22,508 bases of DNA from Candidatus Hodarchaeota archaeon (GTDB lineage: Archaea; Asgardarchaeota; Heimdallarchaeia; Hodarchaeales; Hodarchaeaceae), in assembly GCA_016839785.1 (NCBI GenBank), contig JAEOTQ010000012.1, positions 1 through 22,508 of the forward strand. Reading direction: 5' to 3'. The translations under genes and the position numbers were made by a program. Below are positions 1 through 7,759 of this stretch, in pieces (the first letter of the stretch is position 1; the number at the start of each line of letters is the position of its first letter). Under the pieces are notes generated by a model that searched no databases, was not told the origin of the DNA, and saw only the letters and a list, made by a program, of their open reading frames with translations.

Positions 1-1
1 A

Positions 2-946
2 GAGAGAGCATTTGAACAGGCACAAATTCCGAATGATGGAGTAGGTTTGGCTCGTGAGGAGTTTATCATAAATTCGTACATCGGTATTCATCCTCTTGCA
101 TTGATTCACTATAAGGAGCTAAAGGAAAAAGCTGAATCGGATCCTGAAATTCGTGAAATAATTGCCAAGATTGATGCAAGGACTGCAGCTTACGAGGATA
201 AAGAAGAATTCTTTATCGAACAGTTAGCTATGGGTATTGCTCGAATTGCAGCTGCTTTCTATCCAAACGATGTTGTCGTTAGGATGTCGGACTTCAAAAC
301 CAATGAATATGCCAATTTAATCGGTGGAACTTTATATGAACCAACAGAATCAAACCCTATGATCGGTTGGAGAGGCGCAAGCCGCTATTACGATGAGTCC
401 TATGCTCCCGCCTATATCATGGAATGTGTAGCAATCAAACGAGTCCGTGATGACATGGGTTTAACAAACGTTATCACCATGATTCCCTTCTGCCGTACTG
501 TCGAGGAAGGCAAGAAAGTAATCGAAACCATGCAAAAAGCAGGTTTGAAGCAAGGTGAGAATGGATTAGAAGTCTATGTAATGGCAGAAGTCCCTTCAAA
601 CGTAATTCAAGCAGACGGTTTTGCTGAAGTATTTGATGGATTTTCCATTGGTAGTAACGATTTGACGCAATTAGCCTTAGGTCTTGATCGTGATTCTGAG
701 TTAGTCGCACATATCTATGATGAACGTAATGAATCTGTGAAAAGATTAGTTAAATCCGTTATAGAGGTTGCTAAAGCCCATAATCGAAAGATTGGTATTT
801 GTGGCCAAGCTCCAAGTGATTTTCCTGAATTTGCTTCTTTCTTAGTCGAATGTGGAATTGACTCTATGAGTTTAAATCCAGATACAGTTGTTAAAACCAA
901 ACTCGATATCGCTAAAAAAGAGAAAGAATTAGGTATTAAACCTTAA
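2..946 (+). CDS. ppsA: Phosphoenolpyruvate synthase (pyruvate,water dikinase), C-terminal catalytic domain; 5'-truncated by the window edge
   Basis: Frame is open from base 2 (ERAFEQAQIPNDGVGLAREEF), so the TTG at 47 is not the true start. PEP-utiliser C-terminal motifs: DGVGLAR, VRMSDFKTNEY, ESNPMIGWRGASRY, MAEVPSN, FSIGSNDLTQ, catalytic ICGQAPS. Confidence 0.95.
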   Translation, partial: ERAFEQAQIPNDGVGLAREEFIINSYIGIHPLALIHYKELKEKAESDPEIREIIAKIDARTAAYEDKEEFFIEQLAMGIARIAAAFYPNDVVVRMSDFKTNEYANLIGGTLYEPTESNPMIGWRGASRYYDESYAPAYIMECVAIKRVRDDMGLTNVITMIPFCRTVEEGKKVIETMQKAGLKQGENGLEVYVMAEVPSNVIQADGFAEVFDGFSIGSNDLTQLALGLDRDSELVAHIYDERNESVKRLVKSVIEVAKAHNRKIGICGQAPSDFPEFASFLVECGIDSMSLNPDTVVKTKLDIAKKEKELGIKP

Positions 947-972
947 TTCTCCTTTTTTCTATTTTTTTTATT
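947..972 (+). terminator. Oligo-T (archaeal-type) terminator after ppsA
   Basis: TTCTCCTTTTTTCTATTTTTTTTATT directly follows the TAA stop. Confidence 0.55.
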
Positions 973-1066
973 AGGGGTTATCTTTGGGAGGATAAACCAA
1001 CTTAGCTTAGACATTTTAAAAATTCTGAGAATATTTTCATTATCCGTCCTGTAGAATTACTCCGAG

Positions 1067-2140
1067 TTAAGCAAAACTCAGTTCGGGATTTAGGTAGGAA
1101 AGGAGGTATGGAGTAAGAGCATCTGAATTGATCGTTATTAGTAGTGAGATTCCTTCAATATTTCCATATTCAAAAGGAATGAAATTGACATATTTTGCTT
1201 TATCACCGTTTAATTCAATTGTTAGATGATTAACTCCAAAAGTGATTGGGTAAGATGCTGAATGTTGACCTGAATTTTCAGGAAGGGTGGAGTCCTTTAG
1301 TCTTCCTTGGAATTTCGGGAGAAGGAAAGTCATTCTTTCTAAAGCTAAGATAAGTTCTCTATAACAGATTTCCATAAATCTCAACGGAGACGGTGCCTTC
1401 CCATACGCGAATTGTGAGTAAAATAAGGAAGTCTTTTGCATTTTACTAGTAGGTAAATCAATCAATGGATTTATAATACCAGAAGCTCGGGCAATCGGAC
1501 CCGCTAGACTAGTATTACCTAATTCAGAATTCGAAAGAAATTTTAAATTGTGTAATGATTTACTAAGTGTATTCGATTTTTCGATAATCTTCAGGATTTT
1601 CTTCGCAACCTGTCTTTGAATATTGATCGATCGAATGGCTATTGGAATTGAATTATGATCGAGTATTTTTAAGGCGATACCTGGTCTCATCACATTAATA
1701 GGAAAACGAGAGCTCCATAAATTTTCAAAAGTATCTTGAACTGAAGTGAAACCTCGATTAGCAGTTTTATGAAGATCTGAAATCGAAAAAATCTGGGCAA
1801 TATTTGAAAAAAAGCTGAAAATCATAAAAACTTTTTCCCAATTCAATAAATACCCTCTATAGAGAACCATTTTCTTTGGTATAAATTGGCCAGTCAGTTT
1901 TTCGATAACTTCAGTTAAGAAAATTTGACGAGAAAGAGCTGCAAGCGGTTGGTCCTTTTCTAGGATGGAAATAACGTCTACATATGGTTGATTCTGCAAT
2001 TGACCATTTAAGGACTTTTGTTGAAGAAAAAAATTCCTTGGGATTCCTTCAAGCGTTGCAGTTACTAATTCCGTGTATTTTCTTGGTGTAACTTCATATG
2101 AATTGAGAATTTCGTTTCGTTCTCGTTCGGCCTCTTGCAT
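1067..2140 (-). CDS. Degenerate group-4 [NiFe]-hydrogenase large subunit / NuoD-like protein lacking metal-binding cysteines
   Basis: 357 aa. Keeps LAGPIARASGI (GPxxRASG of NuoD/HycE/EchE), RFPINVMRPG and the EVIEKLTGxxIP...YRxxLxxWEK helix pattern. The ERICGIC position reads EKDQPLA and the DPCxxC position reads NPELSF. Only one Cys in the protein. Confidence 0.7.
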   Translation of the reverse strand: MQEAERERNEILNSYEVTPRKYTELVTATLEGIPRNFFLQQKSLNGQLQNQPYVDVISILEKDQPLAALSRQIFLTEVIEKLTGQFIPKKMVLYRGYLLNWEKVFMIFSFFSNIAQIFSISDLHKTANRGFTSVQDTFENLWSSRFPINVMRPGIALKILDHNSIPIAIRSINIQRQVAKKILKIIEKSNTLSKSLHNLKFLSNSELGNTSLAGPIARASGIINPLIDLPTSKMQKTSLFYSQFAYGKAPSPLRFMEICYRELILALERMTFLLPKFQGRLKDSTLPENSGQHSASYPITFGVNHLTIELNGDKAKYVNFIPFEYGNIEGISLLITINSDALTPYLLSYLNPELSFA

Positions 2141-2277
2141 AGCATTTGATTCATCGCTTCCATTTAATAAAGTTCAGCTTCACTTCACCGATATATTGTA
2201 CGGCAAATTTATCTATACAAGAGCGAAATTGAGGCTGCTATTGGTATTCACTTATTATCGAATTCAGAGGTGTCAAT

Positions 2278-4377
2278 GTGGGTCTAAAGCCAGAACGTAT
2301 GAGTATTGCCAAAATTACAGTTGATCACGCATCAGGCCGATCTTTTCTACGCCAAATTGGGGCACGTCTAGATCTAGAATTAATTGATTTAGTTAAGACC
2401 ATTAATATTGAACCCAATCCCATATCTAAGACAGAATCCAAAACATTATCGTTATTAGATAACTTCTCCAGCCTCACAAATTTAATTGACTCATTATCTC
2501 TTTCACGAAAGCGTAAGAAGATGGATCTTGAACGAGATGATTTGGAGGAAACAAATCTTGAAGCTGAGAAATTATTCGATCGAATTGGTCATGTGGTTGA
2601 TGAAGTTGAAAATCTTAAGGCACAGGAACTTAATTTAAAGGAAGTTCGTACAGTAGTTCAATCCCTCGATGCATTACAAGAGTTAGATATTCATGATGTT
2701 CAAGATTTTGGGACAGGTACGCATTTTTATGCTGTTCTTGGTTTTCTCAAAGGAATTCACAGTTTTCGTTTAGAAATGGCTCTCGACCAGCTCACTGGTG
2801 GTGAATTCATCTATAAGCCTATCAGTTCAGACAAAACTAAAACAATTTGTTTGATAGGTGTTATGAAGAGATTTAGCGGTCCTTTGGATCGTCTTCTGAG
2901 CGGTTTGGGGTTCGAACCTATTACAATTCCTCCTAAAATTGTTGGTTCCCCAGAAGAAGCGAAAAATAAGGCTGAATCCTTATTAGAACATCTAGAGTTG
3001 GATTATGAACAGCTAAAAGAGAAGCTAAATACTGAATTATCATCTGAATTGAATAACATCCAGGCCATGACAGAGCAATTACAGATTGAATCTAATCGAA
3101 TTTCTCTTCTTCAACGGAGTCAATTGAAGAATGATAAGTACATCATTTGGGCATGGATCCCCAAAAGACAGATAAAATCTCTTAAGCGGATGACACCGAA
3201 AATCGATGCTAGCATTGCTTTAAATATTATTGAAAAACCTAAACTTGAGAGCGAAGAATTTCCTTCATCTATCCATAACAATGCTTACTCCCGCAATTAT
3301 GAGGATTTAATTCATGGATTCGGGACCCCTGGTTACAATGAATTGGATCCTACAAAAGTACTGAGCATTTTAATGCCCATTTTCTTTGGTATCATGTTCG
3401 GAGACGTGGTTGACGGGTTTGTGGTCTTTCTAATTGGTTTATATGGAATATCATTAAATAAAGATAGGTATTCCAAGAATTCAATGCTTTCAGAGCTTCA
3501 AACGTACTTCGATAAAGGTGGCCCTATCTTAGTTACCTTTGGAATAACTGCAATAATTTTTGGATTTTTGTTTGGTAGCTTTCGTGGTTTAGGCGGGGAA
3601 CATGCGCATCATCTTGGTCTTGAACCCCTGTGGTTTAGTCCTGAGGCTGAAGGAGGCCAATTTGCATTATTAGAATTTGCTATTGTACTTGGCATACTTG
3701 TAATTTCGCTTGCTTTGTTTTTGCAGTTCATCCATCTGTTATCACATAACAAATGGGAAGCCATATTTTTCCCTGGAATGTTCCTAATATTCTACATTTC
3801 ACTATCATTTTTAGTCTTTGCTTACGGTCCCGATCCAACAAAGTGGATTTCGGAAACTACTGGAACTGTTAACCTAATTGCGTTACAAGAAAAAACAGCT
3901 CAAAGTTTTATAGGCCATACTTACGGTCTTGACTGGGTTACCGAATTGGGTATACCTGTATTCGCCATTGGTTCTTTTAGTTACCCCATGTTCTTTTTAC
4001 TAACATCGATTATATTAACGACAATATATCAGTTCAAACATGGTATGGATGGTATTAGTGAATGGTTAGATTACTTAATCACAATGATCTCAAACACGAT
4101 ATCCTTTGCTCGAATATTCGCTTACAATATGGTGCATGGATCATTATCTTTGGTTTTCATACAAATTTTTGCAGGTAGCGGAGAAGGATGGGCGGATGTG
4201 TTACCAGGAATGATTTTAGGAGCTCCCATTGTTATCGGTCTAGAACTACTAGTATCTTTCTTACAATCCTTACGTCTCTGTTGGGTAGAATTTTTCGGAA
4301 AATTAGGTTATCTAGGGACTGGTCGTAAATTTATTCCATTTAAAGAAAACCGTTGGTTTACAGCAATTGCAGGCTAA
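2278..4377 (+). CDS. atpI: A/V-type ATP synthase subunit I (subunit a homologue)
   Basis: 699 aa with soluble N-terminal half and polytopic C-terminal half. Motifs KPERM, TPGYNELDPT, FFGIMFGDVVDG, SNTISFARIFA (essential Arg), LQSLRLCWVEFFGK. GTG start preceded by GAGGTG at 2267-2272. Confidence 0.95.
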   Translation: MGLKPERMSIAKITVDHASGRSFLRQIGARLDLELIDLVKTINIEPNPISKTESKTLSLLDNFSSLTNLIDSLSLSRKRKKMDLERDDLEETNLEAEKLFDRIGHVVDEVENLKAQELNLKEVRTVVQSLDALQELDIHDVQDFGTGTHFYAVLGFLKGIHSFRLEMALDQLTGGEFIYKPISSDKTKTICLIGVMKRFSGPLDRLLSGLGFEPITIPPKIVGSPEEAKNKAESLLEHLELDYEQLKEKLNTELSSELNNIQAMTEQLQIESNRISLLQRSQLKNDKYIIWAWIPKRQIKSLKRMTPKIDASIALNIIEKPKLESEEFPSSIHNNAYSRNYEDLIHGFGTPGYNELDPTKVLSILMPIFFGIMFGDVVDGFVVFLIGLYGISLNKDRYSKNSMLSELQTYFDKGGPILVTFGITAIIFGFLFGSFRGLGGEHAHHLGLEPLWFSPEAEGGQFALLEFAIVLGILVISLALFLQFIHLLSHNKWEAIFFPGMFLIFYISLSFLVFAYGPDPTKWISETTGTVNLIALQEKTAQSFIGHTYGLDWVTELGIPVFAIGSFSYPMFFLLTSIILTTIYQFKHGMDGISEWLDYLITMISNTISFARIFAYNMVHGSLSLVFIQIFAGSGEGWADVLPGMILGAPIVIGLELLVSFLQSLRLCWVEFFGKLGYLGTGRKFIPFKENRWFTAIAG

Positions 4378-4414
4378 GATAAATAGGATTAAAAAAGATT
4401 AAGAATGTGAAAAA

Positions 4415-5494
4415 ATGGCTTTTCATCAGATCCGTGAAGCAAAGGACTATTCTTTTATTAACGCAAAGATCAAAGCGCGTCGAAGGCAGCTCCTATCCAC
4501 AAGTGATTATGAGCACATTCTAGGTATTTCTTTGGAAGATGGAATTTCCGTACTGCTTAATCATCCCCGCTATCATGATGCATTTGAAGATATTTCATAT
4601 CAGTCGAGTCAACTCTCATTAATGATAGAAAAGTCATTAAATGACTCAATTGAGGTTGAAATACATTCATTAATAAAGAATCTTCCTAATACCGATCAAG
4701 AATTTTTATTATTCTATTTGAAAAAAAATTATCTGAAAATCATTGAAGATATTCTCCATAAATTGCATAACTCGGATACTAAACCTTTAGATTTAACAAA
4801 TCGCTATATTACCTCTCCTGAGGAACGTGTGGAACTAATTCATGCAACACAAGTCACCTCAATAGAAGAGCTCGCAGAAACAGTATCAGAAAAGTGGTTG
4901 CGTAAAGCAATTCTCTCCTCGTTAGATATATACAATGAAACACAAAATTTCCTAGAGATCGTTTATCGAATAGAGCGTGCATTCTATGAAGAACTATGGA
5001 GAGAAAAGATAGCAAATCTCAAGAGAATGAGCAAATCCATCGCTGAGAAAGTTATTGGTATAGAAATAGACTTGAACAATATTAACATTGTTCTTAGACA
5101 AAAAGCCATGGATAAAATTGTTTCTTCAACCGATTCCCTAGTTATACCCCTTTACTACCGTTTAAAAGCAAATTTTAATGATTTGCTGAATGCCCCGTCA
5201 CTTGCAAGTGCATTCTCGGTACTAGAATCAACCTATTACGTTGATTTTGCCCGAAAGGTTCATAATAGTTATACCATGAAAAATTCGATCGAAATGCTTG
5301 AACAAATTCAACAAGAATACTTCTTACAGTCTCTAACAGGTATTATGGCAGGGTATCCTTTCCATCTTGGTATTTTACTAAGTTATTATCACTATCGGAA
5401 GCAAGAGGTTGAAAACCTACGTATTATCTTCGAGTCAAAAATTAAAGATGTTGATATTGAATTTACACGAAATTTACTCATTTACAGTAAATGA
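4415..5494 (+). CDS. atpC: A/V-type ATP synthase subunit C (subunit d homologue)
   Basis: 359 aa. YSFINAKIKARRRQLLS, EIDLNNINIVLR and LLSYYHYRKQEVENLRIIF are typical of the vATP-synt_AC39 family. Lies between atpI and atpK. Confidence 0.9.
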   Translation: MAFHQIREAKDYSFINAKIKARRRQLLSTSDYEHILGISLEDGISVLLNHPRYHDAFEDISYQSSQLSLMIEKSLNDSIEVEIHSLIKNLPNTDQEFLLFYLKKNYLKIIEDILHKLHNSDTKPLDLTNRYITSPEERVELIHATQVTSIEELAETVSEKWLRKAILSSLDIYNETQNFLEIVYRIERAFYEELWREKIANLKRMSKSIAEKVIGIEIDLNNINIVLRQKAMDKIVSSTDSLVIPLYYRLKANFNDLLNAPSLASAFSVLESTYYVDFARKVHNSYTMKNSIEMLEQIQQEYFLQSLTGIMAGYPFHLGILLSYYHYRKQEVENLRIIFESKIKDVDIEFTRNLLIYSK

Positions 5495-5560
5495 TGCAAG
5501 TGAAATGATCATTGAATCCAATAGAAAATTTAAATTGATTACTCAAAAGGTGAAAAAAAC

Positions 5561-5917
5561 ATGAACACAACAAAATTAAAACACATATTTAAGGTACAAA
5601 TCGTTGTAGCCACATTAGTATTTGTCTTTCTAATCCTTACGATCTCTGTCTCTTCGGTTGTTGCCAGTCCAGAGTCAGCACAATCAGTTGCTCAAGAGGA
5701 TTCCAACTGGGGAATTGGATTAGGAGCAGGCATTGCTATTGGTTTGGCTGGTTTAGGAGCGGGACTTGGGCTTGGATCAGCTAGCTCTGCCGCAATTGGC
5801 GCAATTTCAGAAAGGCCAGAAGTATTCGGAAGAACGATTATTTTCATTGCGTTCATAGAAGGAATAGGAGTCTTCGGGTTCGTTATAGCATTCCTACTTT
5901 CCCTATCATTAGGTTGA
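5561..5917 (+). CDS. atpK: A/V-type ATP synthase subunit K (proteolipid c), single hairpin with N-terminal signal-like extension; probably H+-type
   Basis: Gly-rich helix GLGAGIAIGLAGLGAGLGLG, loop ERPE, essential Glu in FIEGIGVFG. The Q...E-S/T...Y Na+ signature is absent. AGGTGA RBS at 5548-5553. Confidence 0.93.
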   Translation: MNTTKLKHIFKVQIVVATLVFVFLILTISVSSVVASPESAQSVAQEDSNWGIGLGAGIAIGLAGLGAGLGLGSASSAAIGAISERPEVFGRTIIFIAFIEGIGVFGFVIAFLLSLSLG

Positions 5918-5955
5918 TAGGTATAGTTAGGTTTAATAACGTAATTTTATTAATC

Positions 5956-6067
5956 GATCTTTGCTTTTGAACCAGCTTAAACCATTGGATAAAGGGAAAA
6001 GGTTTTCCCTCCATACTACTGTTCATTTCAAAACTTGAAATGCAAAGATCCAAAATTTCCCTTATCC
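5956..6067. other. Nested inverted-repeat element between convergent operons (bidirectional terminator or structured RNA)
   Basis: GATCTTTGC (5956-5964) / GCAAAGATC (6042-6050); AGGGAAAA (5993-6000) / TTTTCCCT (6003-6010); CATTTCAA (6024-6031) / TTGAAATG (6035-6042); alternative pairing of GGATAAAGGGAAA (5987-5999) with TTTCCCTTATCC (6056-6067). Confidence 0.5.
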
Positions 6068-6093
6068 CTTTACAATTCCGACCAAAGATAGTT

Positions 6094-6408
6094 CTACATT
6101 TCTTCTTCTTTTTCACTTTTAAGAATCAAATTACTAAGTGTTTTCTGTTGTCTTGACACTAGAAGGGCATCTTTTTTTGCTTGATATTGTACAATAACAT
6201 ATAGTTCTATTATGGCAAGGATGAAAAAAACAATGACTGTCAATATAAGTACAAATTCACTCAAGGGAGATTCAAAATATTTTGAAAGGAAACTCCCTAT
6301 AAAAACTCCAAGAATAACCATAATTGGCAAATTGAAAGCCGAGGCCGCAATATTAGCTGGAGTGCCTAGCTGCTGTCTTCTTTTTTGTTTAATTGTCATG
6401 GTAGTCAA
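6094..6408 (-). CDS. Small two-TM membrane protein, AtpZ/ATPase_gene1-like
   Basis: Basic N-terminus, two hydrophobic helices (LPIMVILGVFIGSFLSKYFESP; FVLILTVIVFFILAIIELYVIV) and a charged tail. TTG start overlaps the stop of the Fe-S subunit gene; alternative ATG at 6399. Family call from pattern only. Confidence 0.55.
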   Translation of the reverse strand: MTTMTIKQKRRQQLGTPANIAASAFNLPIMVILGVFIGSFLSKYFESPLSEFVLILTVIVFFILAIIELYVIVQYQAKKDALLVSRQQKTLSNLILKSEKEEEM

Positions 6409-6872
6409 CTAAATTGTCTCTCATTCACGTCATATATACTCTCGATGATTTGTTTATATCCCGTACAACGACAGATAATTCCGTTTATCATCTCTTGAAT
6501 CTCTGAAAAAGTGAATCGTTGCTGTTGAGTAAGAATATAATGACCCATAATAAGGAATGCACCTGTGCAAAATCCACATTGAACTGCACCGTGCTGTATA
6601 AAAGCATTTTGCAAATTAATTGCGTGTTCTATTGTAGAAATTCCTTCCACTGTGATGACATCGCAGTTCAGTGCTTCTTGGGCTAGAACTAAACATGATT
6701 TAACTGGTTTATCGTCAAGAAGAACTGTACAAATGCCACAATCTCCAGCCCAACAGGCAGCTTTGACTGATTTCACCTGAAACTGATTTCGAAGCACATC
6801 TAATAATGTCTCATTGGAGGTGATATTCGTAAGTCGTTTCTGGCCATTCAGTGTAAGTGAAAGTGTTTTCAT
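6405..6872 (-). CDS. Xanthine dehydrogenase/CoxS-family 2x[2Fe-2S] small subunit
   Basis: KAACWAGDCGICTV...SC and QCGFCT...CRCTGY motifs. ATG at 6872 follows GAGGAG (6882-6887); the ORF track's TTG at 6896 is an alternative start. Confidence 0.93.
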   Translation of the reverse strand: MKTLSLTLNGQKRLTNITSNETLLDVLRNQFQVKSVKAACWAGDCGICTVLLDDKPVKSCLVLAQEALNCDVITVEGISTIEHAINLQNAFIQHGAVQCGFCTGAFLIMGHYILTQQQRFTFSEIQEMINGIICRCTGYKQIIESIYDVNERQFS

Positions 6873-6892
6873 TCCTGGAGTCTCCTCTTTAA

Positions 6893-7759
6893 TCAATCTA
6901 ATACCTCCTTGAGTATAGTTCTGGTAATCATTTCAGCCATGTGCATTCTATATTTCTTGCTGGCACGTATATCGTCAATTGGTCTCAAGATTGGCGTAAT
7001 TATTTCCCATATATCTCTGAATTTTGCTTCATCAAGTTCCTTTCGATCTCGAACAATATTATCGGATATATCGATCAATAGAGGAGTTGGAGCCATGGCG
7101 GTATAAGATAAGCACGTCTTTTTTTCATTGTGAAAGCAAGCTACGCCAACTAGCGCTAAGTCTTCTGAACTTCGCTTCATCTTCTTAAAAGAGGATCTTG
7201 ATCCCTTCTTAGGACGCGGTATACTAATAGAAGTAATAATTTCATCTGAAGATAAGAGATTACGTTTTACACCAGTAAAAAACTGATTGATTGGGACTGT
7301 CCGTTGCCCCTTTGCTAGGGATGAAATATTAATTTGTGCATCTAAAACGTAAAGAGAAGCTGCAGAGTCAGCTGCAGGTGATGATGTACCAATATTTCCA
7401 CCAATAGTAGCCCGATATCGAAGAATTTCGTCCGCTCAATCTGCTAAGGATTGATATAGTGCGAGATATTCCTCTTTTATAATTGGGATTGTAAGAACTT
7501 CTATAATAGGTGTGACAGCACCAATTTTAAGTTCTTGTTCCGTTATTTTTATAGTTTGAAGTTCTGGTATCATTTTCAGATTAATAAGAACTTTTGGTTG
7601 AATTAGTCGATGACGTAGTTCGATTAATAAATCTGTTCCCCCTGCAAGTAATCGTGCTTTATTTTGATACTGATCAAGAAGCTCTAAAGCTTCTTTTAAA
7701 GATGAAGGAGTAATTAAATTAAATTTTGGAAGACTTGAGAATGAAATTGAATTATTCAT
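6893..7759 (-). pseudogene. Xanthine dehydrogenase/CoxM-family FAD-binding medium subunit interrupted by one in-frame TGA (nonsense allele, sequence error or recoded codon)
   Basis: ORFs 7436-7759 and 6893-7180 are in the same frame. The 85 codons between them are open: ...YQSLAD*ADEILRYRATIGGNIGTSSPAADSAASLYVLDA...FFTGVKRNLLSSDEIITSISIP...FKKMKRSSEDLA. Full length is 288 aa with AGGTDL, RATIGGN and DDIRASKKYR motifs. TGA at 7436-7438 is codon 108. Confidence 0.88.

Noticed and set aside
47-49. TTG start of the 299-aa ORF as a stand-alone short PEP-utiliser protein
   Set aside because: The frame is open and conserved back to base 2; the gene is cut by the window edge.
5883-6116. 77-aa minus-strand ORF across the atpK intergenic region
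   Set aside because: Overlaps both flanking genes, has no recognisable motif and coincides with the inverted-repeat element.
7400-7435. Bacterial-type SECIS directly 3' of the in-frame TGA
   Set aside because: Only a 4-bp CGAA/TTCG stem is visible, it is explained by coding sequence, and archaeal SECIS elements are not normally positioned there.
6893-7759. Two separate genes (107 aa and 95 aa) or a frameshift
   Set aside because: Both pieces are in one frame and the 85 codons between them encode the conserved RATIGGN region; it is one gene with one stop.
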